From Bdellovibrionaceae bacterium UBA2339 (GTDB lineage Bacteria > Bdellovibrionota > Bdellovibrionia > Bdellovibrionales > JAMPXM01), in NCBI GenBank assembly GCA_002344785.1, contig DDUL01000047.1, positions 2,247 to 66,246 of the forward strand: a DNA stretch of 64,000 bases. Direction: 5' to 3'. Below are positions 26,240 to 35,892 of the stretch, piece by piece. The notes under the pieces were generated by a model. That model ran no database searches. It saw only the letters and a program-made list of their open reading frames with translations, and had not been told where the DNA came from. Within the stretch, counting starts at the first letter, position 1. Each line of letters begins with the position of its first letter. The position numbers and the translations under genes are program-made.

Positions 26240-26916
26240 TTTCCGGTCTCGCTCAATGAATAACCCAGGCCGCGATGTGTTTGAATCGGCGAGAGATCAG
26301 GACGCACTTCTTTGAGCTTGGCGCGCAAAGATTTGATATGTGCATCGACTGTGCGCTCGAGACTCATTTCAGGATCATCCCAAAGGCTTTGCATGAGCTG
26401 GGCTCGGGAAAAGACAACTCCCGGCCGTCGAATGAGAAGTTCCAGCAACTTAAATTCGTAACGCGAAAGTTCCAGCGGCTTGCCGTCAAAACTGATCCGA
26501 AATTTTTCGTGATCCACCTGAAATAAGCCCCAGCGATCCGTTGGCGCGGCTTTGCGTCCCCTTTGTCCCAGAGCTCGCACACGCAGGGTCAGTTCTCGAG
26601 GACTGAAGGGCTTTGTCAGGTAGTCGTCGGCTCCCAGTTCAAAACCCACGATCTTATCCACCTCACTTGCACGTGCGGTCAAAAACAGTATGGGTGTTTG
26701 ATCGGTTCGTCGAAGTTCACGGCAAAAATCAAATCCACTTTGATCCGGCAGTCCGACATCGAGAACAATGACGGCGTAGTGATCGCGACTCATCTGCAGT
26801 CGCGCTTCACCGACGGTTTTGGCGTGAGTCAAAGAAAGGCCCTCCTGCTGGAGGGCCATGCGCACGTTGTCGGCAATCGAAATTTCATCTTCGACCAACA
26901 ACACTTTGAAACTCAT
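26236..26916 (-). CDS. creB: OmpR-family response regulator CreB
   Basis: The track ORF (to 27216) is over-extended. The real start is ATG 26916 (MSFKVLLVEDE...), which overlaps the creD stop as ATGA. It has a receiver domain (DVGLPDQSGF, K at TKPF) and a winged-helix domain (LSRYEFKLLELLIRRPG, GLGYSL). It lies directly upstream of creC with a 4-nt overlap. Confidence 0.75.
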   Translation of the reverse strand: MSFKVLLVEDEISIADNVRMALQQEGLSLTHAKTVGEARLQMSRDHYAVIVLDVGLPDQSGFDFCRELRRTDQTPILFLTARASEVDKIVGFELGADDYLTKPFSPRELTLRVRALGQRGRKAAPTDRWGLFQVDHEKFRISFDGKPLELSRYEFKLLELLIRRPGVVFSRAQLMQSLWDDPEMSLERTVDAHIKSLRAKLKEVRPDLSPIQTHRGLGYSLSETGK

Positions 26917-28268
26917 GCTTCTGACCTCAGTGACGCGGATGATTGACCAGCGATGCTCTGCGTGTCGAATTCGCCATCGGTGGGTGATGCGCCAAATGTC
27001 CGTGTCCAATTCACTCGCATGGTCATCAGCATAAAGGCCGACAGTGCCAGGAACAAGGAGATCGCACCGATCAGCAGGGCAAAGTCTTCGCTGGAGAGCA
27101 TCGTGTACACGAGGGCATCGATGGCGATCAGAATCGTGGCGAGGACAGAAGTCTGTCGCGCCTTGGCGCCGATGCCTTTGAAGTAAATGAGCAGCAGCGC
27201 TAAGACGGCCGTGCACCCGGCCACATAACTCATCGCGAAGCCCAGGTGCTCGCTCAGTGCGAGAAGAAGGATGTAGAAGGCGCTGAGGGGTAGCGTCATG
27301 AGCAAGTAGTGCAAGCCGTGCAGGCGAAGCGTCCAGAGTGTTTCCATCAGAAAGAGTGAAGTGAGCAGGAGAAGAATGATCAGACTTGAATATTTCAAGG
27401 CGCGCTCAGTTTGCGAGTAGATGTTGACGGGGCTCACGTGCCCAATGCTGATGCTTTGATTGTTTTGACTTTGCATCAGCGACCAAGTGGCAGTGAAGCC
27501 ATCGGCGGTGATGTTTTGCGTGATCGGCAGCTGCCCGCCGAAGCTGGGGTGCGGCCACCTCGACGTCATGTTCAACTTCAGTCTCTCGGCCGGAATGCGA
27601 AAGTCCACACCGGCAAATCCGTTGAGCTTCAGATCCATTTCAAAACTCACCGTCTCGCCGAGGGGAAGATCTTCAAGTTGGGCCTCGAAGCCCTTTTCGG
27701 TTCGATTGAGTCGCGCGGGTTTGCCGTTGAGCTTGAAGCTAAACTCGTGAATCGACGCACTCGTTGGCAAATCCCACACAAGCTTTTGACCACCGGCGAT
27801 GAGCACTTCGTTGGACTTTCGGGGTTGAACGTCGCGTGGCAAGCGAAACTCTCCCAACATCTTCATATTGGCCTTGTAGATCGGAATTTTGAAGATGCCT
27901 CGCTCGCGGACTTCGATGTCGTCCGACCAGGTGATCTCGACGAGCTCTGGATTCAAAAGACGTTGATCTTCGTGCCAGACGATCCGCTGACCCTTTTCGG
28001 TCTCTTCGGTTTGTGGGTACTGAAAGGGAATCACGAACTGCAGTCCTTGGATCTGGTGCCGATCGGCCCAGCCGGCGACAACACTTTGCTGAGCTTCGGC
28101 CTCATAGGTTCGGCGCTCGTGCACCACGGATCGAATGAAGCAGCTGGGCGTGTTGGCGACGAGCAAGAGCCCGCCCAACGTGAGGAGCTTTAGCCAAAGC
28201 GAAGCTCGGGCAGAGCGCGAGTGGGGTTGAGTTGCGTGTGATGATGACGGGGACTGAGCTGATGTCAT
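26913..28268 (-). CDS. creD: Inner-membrane protein CreD
   Basis: 451 aa with CreD topology: one N-terminal TM, a large periplasmic domain and a C-terminal polytopic region. Diagnostic blocks: MTSRWPHPSF, TERALKYSSLIILLL, YILLLALSEHLGF. Confidence 0.8.
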   Translation of the reverse strand: MTSAQSPSSSHATQPHSRSARASLWLKLLTLGGLLLVANTPSCFIRSVVHERRTYEAEAQQSVVAGWADRHQIQGLQFVIPFQYPQTEETEKGQRIVWHEDQRLLNPELVEITWSDDIEVRERGIFKIPIYKANMKMLGEFRLPRDVQPRKSNEVLIAGGQKLVWDLPTSASIHEFSFKLNGKPARLNRTEKGFEAQLEDLPLGETVSFEMDLKLNGFAGVDFRIPAERLKLNMTSRWPHPSFGGQLPITQNITADGFTATWSLMQSQNNQSISIGHVSPVNIYSQTERALKYSSLIILLLLTSLFLMETLWTLRLHGLHYLLMTLPLSAFYILLLALSEHLGFAMSYVAGCTAVLALLLIYFKGIGAKARQTSVLATILIAIDALVYTMLSSEDFALLIGAISLFLALSAFMLMTMRVNWTRTFGASPTDGEFDTQSIAGQSSASLRSEA

Positions 28269-28336
28269 GTGACCTCCATGGAATTTAGGATGGAGGTCGA
28301 GTGTGAAAATAGTGTGAAGTCGGGGTGAATTGTCAG

Positions 28337-30478
28337 CTAGGGGCGGGTCGGCGACGTCAGCTTAAAAAACACCTGAATCAGCCGTAGAGCCCACTCCGGC
28401 TTGCGCGCCTGTCGCCATCGACCGGCGACGAATTTGTTGGCCTCGGCCATGGTCGGATAAATGTGAATGGTGCGAAGCACATCGTTGAGGCCTCGGTTGG
28501 CCTTCATCGCGGCGATGTATTCGCTGATCCAGTCGCCGGCTTTGGCGCCAACAATGGTGACGCCCAAAATTTTGTCGCGGCCTGGGCGAGTGAGAACTTT
28601 GATGAAGCCTGTGGCCTCGCCATCGGCAATGGCTCGATCGAGATCATCGAGCGGGAAGGTGGTCACTTCGTACGGGACCTGCTGTTCGCGAGCTTCGCTT
28701 TCATTGAGACCGACGCGCGCGATTTCAGGATGTGTGAACGTGGCCCATGGAATCACTCGATAGTCGGCGGCAAAAGTCTTGAACGGTGAGAAGAGCGCGT
28801 TCACGCTGGCGTACCAAGCTTGGTGCGCGGCTGTGTGAGTGAACTGATACGGGCCAGCGACGTCGCCGCAAGCGTAGATTGTTGGAATGTTGCTGCGAAG
28901 TGTGGCGTCGGTTTGCACGCGACCATCGCTGGTCAGCTGCACACCCAGCTCTTCAAGGCCGAAGCCGCGCGTGTTGGCACTTCGCCCGAGGGCGAGTAGC
29001 ACGCGATCGAACTCGATTTGAATATCGCCAGCGAGCGTGCGGGCGCGAAGGGAGTGCGCCGAGGTGAAAGCTTGAGCCTCGGTGTTCAGGTGCACCTCGA
29101 TGCCTTCACGTCGAAACTGCTTCAGCAGCAGCTCGCTGACCTCGCGGTCTTCGCGCGGCACGAGGCGATCTCCGCGCTCCAGCAAGATGACAGGTGTGCC
29201 GAGTCGATGAAACGCTTGCGCTAGTTCGCAACCGATCGGGCCGCCGCCGAGTACCAGCAAGCTTCGCGGTTGCTGTTCGAGATTCCACACGCTGTCGCTG
29301 GTCAAATAGTTCACTTCGCTTAGACCTGTGATGTTGGGCACGCGCGGCCGAGCGCCCGTGGCGATCACGATTCGATGCGCGCTGAGTGTGGCGCCATTCA
29401 CTTCGACTTGCCACGGGGACAAAAGTCGCGCCTCGCCTTGGATGCAATTGACGCCAAGACCTGTGTAGCGCTCGACGGAATCATGCGGCTCGATGTCGCG
29501 GATCACGTGGCGGACGCGAGCCATGACTTGTGCGAAGTCTATGCGGGGAGGTGTTGTGTGAATTCCAAAGCGCGAGGCCTCGCGAATTTCGTGAGCCGCA
29601 TGTGCGGCACGAATCAGGGCCTTGCTGGGCACGCAACCTGTGTTCAAGCAGTCGCCACCCATCTTGTGTTTTTCGATCAGCGCCACTTTCGCGCGCACGG
29701 CGGCGGCGATGTACGAAGTGACCAGGCCAGCCGAGCCCGCGCCGATCACGATGAGGTTATAGTCGAACTCACGAGGCCGCTGAAATCGTCGCAGCGCTTG
29801 CCGCGACTTGAACCACGCGAGGACTCGCCGTAAAAAAATGGGCAGTAGCCCAATGGCCGCAAACGATAAGAGCACATTGGGGTGGAGAATGCCGCTGAGG
29901 GTATCGATGCGATTGAGTTCACGTCCCGCATTCACGTAGGCGACCGTCGCGGGCAGCATGCCGAGTTGGCTGACGATGATGTAGGTGAGCGTGCGGATGG
30001 GCGTCAGTCCCATCGCCAAATTCACGATGAAAAACGGAAACGCGGGAACGAGGCGAAGCGCGAATAAGTACCAAGCGCCTTCGCGTTCGATGCCTTCATC
30101 GAGAGTCTTGAGGCGATGGCCCCAGCGCTCGCGAACAAAGTCGCGAAACAAATAGCGCGATCCCCAAAACGCTAAAGTTGCGCCGATCGTGGAGCAAAAA
30201 CTCACCAGCAGAGTACCGCCCCAAAGTCCGAACAAATACCCAGCCAGCAGTGTCAGGACGGTTGCGCCAGGAAGTGAAAGGGCCGTGCTGGTGATGTAGA
30301 TCGCCGCAAAACTCAGTGCAAAGACGATGGGGTTCTCTGCCTGCGAAGTCCGCCATGCCGACTCTTGAGCCTTGAGATTTTCGAGCGAGAGTTGCTGGAG
30401 GGCTCCGCTCCACCAAAGTGCAGCGAAGCAGAGAGTGACAAAGGCAAGCAGGGCCCAGCGGAGTTGATTCGACTTCAT
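28337..30478 (-). CDS. Fusion protein: TVP38/TMEM64 (DedA-like) membrane domain + pyridine nucleotide-disulfide oxidoreductase (class I, redox-active C-x4-C)
   Basis: The N-terminal roughly 230 aa are polytopic (LLAGYLFGLWGGTLLVSFCSTIGATLAF, typical of the SNARE-associated/DedA family). The C-terminal roughly 480 aa have LIVIGAGSAGL, GGDCLNTGCVPSK, a second GGGPIGCELA fold and a dimerisation-domain HIYPTMAE motif. Confidence 0.8.
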   Translation of the reverse strand: MKSNQLRWALLAFVTLCFAALWWSGALQQLSLENLKAQESAWRTSQAENPIVFALSFAAIYITSTALSLPGATVLTLLAGYLFGLWGGTLLVSFCSTIGATLAFWGSRYLFRDFVRERWGHRLKTLDEGIEREGAWYLFALRLVPAFPFFIVNLAMGLTPIRTLTYIIVSQLGMLPATVAYVNAGRELNRIDTLSGILHPNVLLSFAAIGLLPIFLRRVLAWFKSRQALRRFQRPREFDYNLIVIGAGSAGLVTSYIAAAVRAKVALIEKHKMGGDCLNTGCVPSKALIRAAHAAHEIREASRFGIHTTPPRIDFAQVMARVRHVIRDIEPHDSVERYTGLGVNCIQGEARLLSPWQVEVNGATLSAHRIVIATGARPRVPNITGLSEVNYLTSDSVWNLEQQPRSLLVLGGGPIGCELAQAFHRLGTPVILLERGDRLVPREDREVSELLLKQFRREGIEVHLNTEAQAFTSAHSLRARTLAGDIQIEFDRVLLALGRSANTRGFGLEELGVQLTSDGRVQTDATLRSNIPTIYACGDVAGPYQFTHTAAHQAWYASVNALFSPFKTFAADYRVIPWATFTHPEIARVGLNESEAREQQVPYEVTTFPLDDLDRAIADGEATGFIKVLTRPGRDKILGVTIVGAKAGDWISEYIAAMKANRGLNDVLRTIHIYPTMAEANKFVAGRWRQARKPEWALRLIQVFFKLTSPTRP

Positions 30479-30497
30479 GCAGGTTCTGAGCTGAACC

Positions 30498-30962
30498 TTA
30501 GATGAACCAAAGGTCCAACAAATTTATGAAACGATCGCGGAAAGATTGCGGTCGATCGACGGCCCACCGGGACTCGACTTGCTTTTCCACTTCACCGAGC
30601 GCGGGGCGAAGTGCGTCTAGGTCGAACTTTTTCATGTGCAGGCTCTCAAGGTGCTCCAGGGCCATTTGTTCGTAGGTTGAGAAATCCTGATCGTGATAAA
30701 ACATCACGCGGGCGAGATAGAGCAAGCGGGCGCGATCGCGCGAGTCTTTGATTTCTTGAAAAAGCTTTTCGGGCGATTCGGCGCGACCGAAGCCACTCAA
30801 AATCTCGGCCTTCTCTTCCGGCGACAGCTTGGACTTTTCGAGAAAGTCGCTAATGAACTCTCGCTCGGCTTGATTGGTGTCGTGATCCACATGCGTGAGG
30901 GCCACCAAGGTCTTCCACATTTTGATCTGGCTCGCATTCGCATAACTCGACATACAGCTCAC
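30498..30962 (-). CDS. Hypothetical protein (possibly TerB-like helical fold)
   Basis: 154 aa. The pattern ALTHVDHDTNQAEREFISDFLEK...LSPEEKAEIL resembles TerB/DjlA-N helical modules. This is a weak call. Confidence 0.3.
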   Translation of the reverse strand: MSCMSSYANASQIKMWKTLVALTHVDHDTNQAEREFISDFLEKSKLSPEEKAEILSGFGRAESPEKLFQEIKDSRDRARLLYLARVMFYHDQDFSTYEQMALEHLESLHMKKFDLDALRPALGEVEKQVESRWAVDRPQSFRDRFINLLDLWFI

Positions 30963-30976
30963 CTCAGAAACCGCGG

Positions 30977-32071
30977 TCAGTACTTCGCCGCTGTGAAGGA
31001 CACCTGCACCTGCGTGCCCGTGGGCTCGGGCTTCAGATCCAAATCCTCGCCGAACACCAGTGCATTTCGAGTCGGATCGTAGACCCAGCCCTTTTTCGGA
31101 TCGTTGGGAATCACTTGGCTGCCAAAGGTCACGACAATGGTCTGCGGCTGGGGCGCACGGGTGAGATACAGGATGCTGCCCACTTTGCGGACCAAGTCTG
31201 CGCCGAGTGCGGCGAGCTTCAAGCCGAAGTCAGGCTCGCAAAGGCTAAAGGTCTGCGCTTTGGTCAGCCGGAAAAACTCTTCGAGTTTTTGCGGCGAAGG
31301 TTCTCCGGAGCGATCGCAGTTGCGCACATTCGAAGGCACGTGCACGCCGTACACGATGATTTTGCTGGGATCATTGCCCTTGAGCTGCAAAAGAAACTTG
31401 TGCAGATCCGAGGCGCTTAAGCGCGACTGATCGTCAGAGTCGGTGACAAACACCAAAGCCAAGTGTGCATTCGGACGATAGAAGCCTCTGTTCGCGCCTT
31501 GCAAATTGGGCGGCGTCAGCGCGGACTGAACCGGCGAAAAGAACATTTCGCTCGCCGAGCCGTCCGTGCCAGGCTTCATATTGCTTTCGAGGATCGAGGC
31601 CCCGCTCGGTGTCGTTCGCGTGACGAACTTCGTTGTGCCGTGCAGTTCGCCTTTCCATCCGTAGCCGGGGATGGGCCGCCAAGGCGGATCGTCCATGTTC
31701 GAGGTCAACACACCAATGTGATAATCGAGGATCTGATTGGCGACGATGCCTTGGGTGAACAGCTGCGAGTTCTTGGCAAGATTCTGCTGGTGTCCCGACA
31801 TCGAACCTGAATCATCGATGACAAACAAGATGTCGAGATCGCGACTGAAGGTCAGCTTGGTGTCGCTGACGTCTGTCACCTGCTCGGGCTTGTCCGTCTG
31901 CTGTGGAACAAGTTTGGGTGTTGTGGGCGAGCAAGCCGCGAAGCTGAGTGCCGCTCCCGCCAGTAGCATGGCGCTCGCAAGACGGTGCGGCCATGCTGGC
32001 ATCACATTTTTGCCCAAGCCGTTTATTGTGACTTCGATGGGGACTTTGAGTGAAACGAATCCTTGTTTCAT
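30977..32071 (-). CDS. von Willebrand factor type A (VWA) domain lipoprotein
   Basis: Lipobox ALSFAACS and the MIDAS motif DILFVIDDSGSM (D-x-S-x-S). A later LVFVTDSDDQS strand is typical of VWA. Confidence 0.7.
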   Translation of the reverse strand: MKQGFVSLKVPIEVTINGLGKNVMPAWPHRLASAMLLAGAALSFAACSPTTPKLVPQQTDKPEQVTDVSDTKLTFSRDLDILFVIDDSGSMSGHQQNLAKNSQLFTQGIVANQILDYHIGVLTSNMDDPPWRPIPGYGWKGELHGTTKFVTRTTPSGASILESNMKPGTDGSASEMFFSPVQSALTPPNLQGANRGFYRPNAHLALVFVTDSDDQSRLSASDLHKFLLQLKGNDPSKIIVYGVHVPSNVRNCDRSGEPSPQKLEEFFRLTKAQTFSLCEPDFGLKLAALGADLVRKVGSILYLTRAPQPQTIVVTFGSQVIPNDPKKGWVYDPTRNALVFGEDLDLKPEPTGTQVQVSFTAAKY

Positions 32072-32148
32072 TCCTCAATTGAATCGCCCCAGCGAAACTG
32101 ATGTCAAAGCGAAGCTGTCGAATTCGGACGCACTGCGCGCGTTGCGCT

Positions 32149-32523
32149 TTATTTCTCCTCAAGTCCCAAAGTGTTGCCTTCGCAATCCCAAAAGCTCGCA
32201 AAACGAGGGCTGCCTCCTTCACGGCGAGCTTCGCTGACTTTAACACCTCGTTCACGCAGCGACGTGAGCGTGTGGTCGATATTCGAAGTTGCGAAATACA
32301 GGATCGGGCCGAAGCCGACATCTTTGGAGTCCGCTTCGCTCGGGTGCAGGTCGAGGCGAAATTTCATTTTCTCATGGTAAAGCGAAGCGTAGGCGCCGGG
32401 GGACTCGTGACGAACTTTGAAGCCCAGCACATCTTGATACCAGCGCACTGCGCGCGCGAAATCGTTCACGTAGAGCATCGGATGTGAAAAGCCCACGAGC
32501 TGATCCATGTTCTCCATATTCAA
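32149..32523 (-). CDS. VOC-family (glyoxalase/bleomycin-resistance fold) protein
   Basis: 124 aa. The pattern F.HPMLYVNDFARAV.WY.DVLGF......G......L.L.......F......D......L...GV is the usual paired beta-alpha-beta-beta-beta module pattern. Confidence 0.7.
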   Translation of the reverse strand: MNMENMDQLVGFSHPMLYVNDFARAVRWYQDVLGFKVRHESPGAYASLYHEKMKFRLDLHPSEADSKDVGFGPILYFATSNIDHTLTSLRERGVKVSEARREGGSPRFASFWDCEGNTLGLEEK

Positions 32524-32554
32524 GCCTCCCGAAAGGGTTGATGAGGCCTCGACT

Positions 32555-33304
32555 TTAGACGCGCGAATTGCGTTTTGGCGAGTCTCGTCGCGCCGCGAGT
32601 GGCTCGGGAATCACAAGCTGAAGAACTTGCAGAATGGGCTGGAGAACTCGGCCTGTCAGCGGAATGCGAGAGAAGCGGATGAGGCGAATGATTTGCGGTG
32701 TGAGCAGGCGGATCAGCTCATGGGTTTGTTTTTGCGCCGGCGACTTGTCAAAAACCCAATAGAAGATCATGCCCATCATGTACATCCACAAGAGCTCGGG
32801 CAGATAAGTCTCGAGCTTTTTGTGCGCGCTTAGATCACTTCCGTCGATGCATTCGCGCATCAGATCGATGGTGGCTTCGCGAATGAGTTTTTGTTCGGGT
32901 CCAAAGGGCGAAAGTGTGGAGCGGGGATCGACGGCCGCTCGCGAGAGCACGATGAGCAATTCGCGTGACTCGTGAAATGTCGCCAGACGCGCTTCGAGAA
33001 GGCTGATGAATCGTGCTTCAAAGCGAGTGTGCGCGGACATGGCCTCGCGTGCGGCCTCGGCGAACTGCTGAAAGGTCCGCTCGTAAAAGCGCTGGATCAC
33101 GGCTTCTTTGCTAGGGAAGTGATAGTAAAATGCGCCCGGCGAAAGATCGGCGGCCTGGGCGAGGTCTCGCATCGTGGTCTCGTCAAAACCTCGCCGCAAA
33201 AACTGCTGGATCGAAATCTCATAGAGTCGCTCGGCGGTGCGCTCGGATTTACTTTTTTTCGACTTTGATTCCTCTGTGGAATCCAGATGTTGAGGCTTGG
33301 TCAT
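32555..33304 (-). CDS. TetR/AcrR-family transcriptional regulator
   Basis: The N-terminal HTH signature is RRGFDETTMRDLAQAADLSPGAFYYHFPSKEAVI. Confidence 0.85.
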   Translation of the reverse strand: MTKPQHLDSTEESKSKKSKSERTAERLYEISIQQFLRRGFDETTMRDLAQAADLSPGAFYYHFPSKEAVIQRFYERTFQQFAEAAREAMSAHTRFEARFISLLEARLATFHESRELLIVLSRAAVDPRSTLSPFGPEQKLIREATIDLMRECIDGSDLSAHKKLETYLPELLWMYMMGMIFYWVFDKSPAQKQTHELIRLLTPQIIRLIRFSRIPLTGRVLQPILQVLQLVIPEPLAARRDSPKRNSRV

Positions 33305-33345
33305 AACGGAATTGTAGGTCTGGGCTGAGGTGAAGCAAAGAATTA

Positions 33346-33390
33346 TTTGAACACGTTTAAAAATCGTGGCATAATTTAAACACGTTCAAA
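33346..33390. promoter_or_regulatory. Candidate TetR operator pair overlapping a sigma70-like promoter for 33423..
   Basis: TTTGAACACGTTTAAA (33346-33361) and TTTAAACACGTTCAAA (33375-33390) are near inverted copies sharing the core AACACGTT. TTGAAC (33347-52), a 17-nt spacer and CATAAT (33370-75) fit -35/-10 spacing on the + strand. Confidence 0.4.
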
Positions 33391-33422
33391 AATAGCATAT
33401 AAGCTATTGAAAGGACAGGATT

Positions 33423-33899
33423 ATGGGCCGCTATTCTCTGCCTCATCAGCTGCACGTCGCGTCCGCGCTTAGCTTCGCTTTGACGCTTTGGATGATCTAT
33501 TTGGCGCTGCGGGCGCCCTACACCCAGGACACTGAGACCCAGCAATGGGTGATTGGTGCCGCGAGCTTTGTGGTCTTGCATCTTGCGGGAGTCCTGACTG
33601 CACAAGCTCTGCCGCGTCGACTTGAAGTTTGGGTCTTGGACCGACGTCCCTTCTGGGGAGCCTGTGTGGTGAGTCTCATTCACATCTACGTGCAGATGCT
33701 GACACTGCAAGTGTTCGTGACTGTGTTGGATGTGATGGATGGACGGTTTTTAGAAGGTTGGTGGACGCTGCCGCTCATGCCTTTACTTTGGCAAGTCTAC
33801 TTTGCGCCGATCACCCTCGTCGTGCTGGCCGTGAGCACTGTGGGCGGTGGATTGATGCTTCGCTATCTGGGAGGACGTCGTGACTATTTCAGCAAATGA
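33423..33899 (+). CDS. Polytopic membrane protein, unknown function
   Basis: 158 aa with four hydrophobic helices. It is divergent from the TetR gene and overlaps the start of the next gene by 20 nt. Confidence 0.5.
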   Translation: MGRYSLPHQLHVASALSFALTLWMIYLALRAPYTQDTETQQWVIGAASFVVLHLAGVLTAQALPRRLEVWVLDRRPFWGACVVSLIHIYVQMLTLQVFVTVLDVMDGRFLEGWWTLPLMPLLWQVYFAPITLVVLAVSTVGGGLMLRYLGGRRDYFSK

Positions 33900-34815
33900 C
33901 CAACGGAAGAAACTTGTGATCGCCGGAGCGAACTCTTATCTAGGGCGCGCCGTGGCTCAGCACTTCATCGATCAAGCTTGGACAGTCGTGAGTCTTGTGC
34001 GCCGATCGGGCACGGCACCCGCTAAGACGCAAGAGGTGTTGTGGGATGGCCAGAGCCTGGGGGCGTGGACAGAATCGCTTGCGGGCGCGCACGTGCTCTT
34101 GAACCTCGCGGGCCGAAGCGTGAACTGTCGATATTCCAAAAAGAATCGTCAGGAGATGCTTCGCTCGCGGGTGGAGAGCACGCGAATTTTGGGCGAGGCC
34201 ATCGGCGCGCTCAAAGATCCGCCACAACTTTGGCTCAACTCCAGCACCGCGACGATTTATCGCGATGCTTATGATCGGGCTCAAGATGAGTTTCAGGGCG
34301 AGCTCGGCAAAGGCTTCTCCGTGGAAATTGCCAAGGCGTGGGAGCAAGAGCTCGCCAAGGCGCCGACAGCGGAGCGAGTTCGCAAAGTTGCGCTGCGAAC
34401 CGCGATGGTGTTTGGACCTGGCCGCGGTGGCGTGGGCGAGGCCTTTGGGCAAATCGTCAAACAGAGACTGGGTGGTGCAGCGGGAAGTGGCGAGCAGTAT
34501 GTCTCGTGGATTCATCTGCAAGATTTCTTACGGGCATTGCAGTTCATCATCGAGCATGACGAGCTGGAAGGAGCTGTCAACTTGGCGGCGCCGGATCCTC
34601 GACCGAATCGCGAGTTCATGCGAATTCTGCGTCAGCGAATGCAAGTCGGCTTGGGTTTACCTGCGCCGGAATGGCTCTTGGAACTGGGTGCGATTTTCAA
34701 GCGCACAGAGACCGAGTTGCTATTGAAAAGCCGCCGCGTTTGGCCCGCCCGCTTGCTTCAGGCTGGATTCAAATTTCAGTACGAGACTTGGTCGTCGGTG
34801 CCCTTGGAGGCCTAG
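33880..34815 (+). CDS. TIGR01777-type epimerase-family protein (SDR39U1/YfcH-like, with C-terminal DUF1731)
   Basis: N-terminal Rossmann fold VIAGANSYLGRAV. The C-terminal LLLKSRRVWPARLLQAGFKFQY is the DUF1731 signature. Confidence 0.75.
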   Translation: MTISANDQRKKLVIAGANSYLGRAVAQHFIDQAWTVVSLVRRSGTAPAKTQEVLWDGQSLGAWTESLAGAHVLLNLAGRSVNCRYSKKNRQEMLRSRVESTRILGEAIGALKDPPQLWLNSSTATIYRDAYDRAQDEFQGELGKGFSVEIAKAWEQELAKAPTAERVRKVALRTAMVFGPGRGGVGEAFGQIVKQRLGGAAGSGEQYVSWIHLQDFLRALQFIIEHDELEGAVNLAAPDPRPNREFMRILRQRMQVGLGLPAPEWLLELGAIFKRTETELLLKSRRVWPARLLQAGFKFQYETWSSVPLEA

Positions 34816-34863
34816 GAAGTTTTGCTGAGCAGAGCTTGTGCGCTTGCGCGTTTTTGGCGTGAA

Positions 34864-35892
34864 TCAACGATCTTCGATGGCTTGGTAGATGGCGTTTCCG
34901 AGATAGGGATTCCCACCGGAGTCGGCGCGATGATACCAAGCCAGCGCGCCTTCGACGGGATGGCCTTTGCCGAGAATGAAGTTGCCGAGGTTCTTTGGGC
35001 GATGTTCGCGGTAAAGATAAATTGCCAAATCGCCTAAAGGTGTCGGCATGGTTTCGCGAGCTTGAAGCAGTGACATGATGTGATTGTTGTCGTCGGCCTC
35101 ATCGGGATTGAGACTTGCGTGCGTGATTAGCCCGATCGAGCCCCATGCCAGAAACGCGTCCGTCACCAGCAGCATCGGATAACAGGCTCGGCACTCAAAG
35201 GCGCGAATGTATTCGCCGATCCCGACAGGGCCAATGAAGTCGTGATTCTGATACTTGCCAAGTCGAAGCGCATGCTGCTTGGCCATTTCTCGCAAGCGAT
35301 CATGCATTTTGTATTTGCCCAGCGCGATGAGTAGCGGACGATGCTGATCGCGCGAAAAGCGTCTGGGGTCGGAGCGAAATCCCGCCTGATGAGGATGCCG
35401 CACATAAATTCCAGCGCGAACTTCAAGCTGTTCCAAAGAACGTGTGAATCCGTCTCGGTCATCGTGCAGGTAGTAGAACATGCCGGTGCGTTGAGCGGTG
35501 TCACCGCCGTCGCCATCGCTCTGCACGATCAGGCCATGCTCATCAAAATGTAGCGGAAATAAATCTTCGACGGGCGAGCTCGGCTCCTGCTCCTCCAGTC
35601 GTGCCAAGTCAGCGAGCACTTGCATCTCGTGACGTGATAAGCGCTGCAGGTCGTGCGGTGGCGGCGCGAGATCCGCGCTGATCCAAGTCGACACTCGATC
35701 TGATTCGGGTGCGAAAACGGGCTGAAGCACGAATTGCGTTGAGGCGATCGAGGCCGGTGCGCGCGCGGACGGTGATGGCTTTGCACCACGAGTGAGTGAC
35801 GGAATGGATTCCGGCGCCGGTACAAACGGGTTGTAGGCGTATTGCACGCTTAAGAGGAATAGAAAAAGACCGAGCGGCCACCGCATTTTCAT
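34864..35892 (-). CDS. Hypothetical secreted protein
   Basis: 342 aa with a signal peptide (MKMRWPLGLFLFLLSVQYAYN). I recognise no motif. Confidence 0.45.
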   Translation of the reverse strand: MKMRWPLGLFLFLLSVQYAYNPFVPAPESIPSLTRGAKPSPSARAPASIASTQFVLQPVFAPESDRVSTWISADLAPPPHDLQRLSRHEMQVLADLARLEEQEPSSPVEDLFPLHFDEHGLIVQSDGDGGDTAQRTGMFYYLHDDRDGFTRSLEQLEVRAGIYVRHPHQAGFRSDPRRFSRDQHRPLLIALGKYKMHDRLREMAKQHALRLGKYQNHDFIGPVGIGEYIRAFECRACYPMLLVTDAFLAWGSIGLITHASLNPDEADDNNHIMSLLQARETMPTPLGDLAIYLYREHRPKNLGNFILGKGHPVEGALAWYHRADSGGNPYLGNAIYQAIEDR

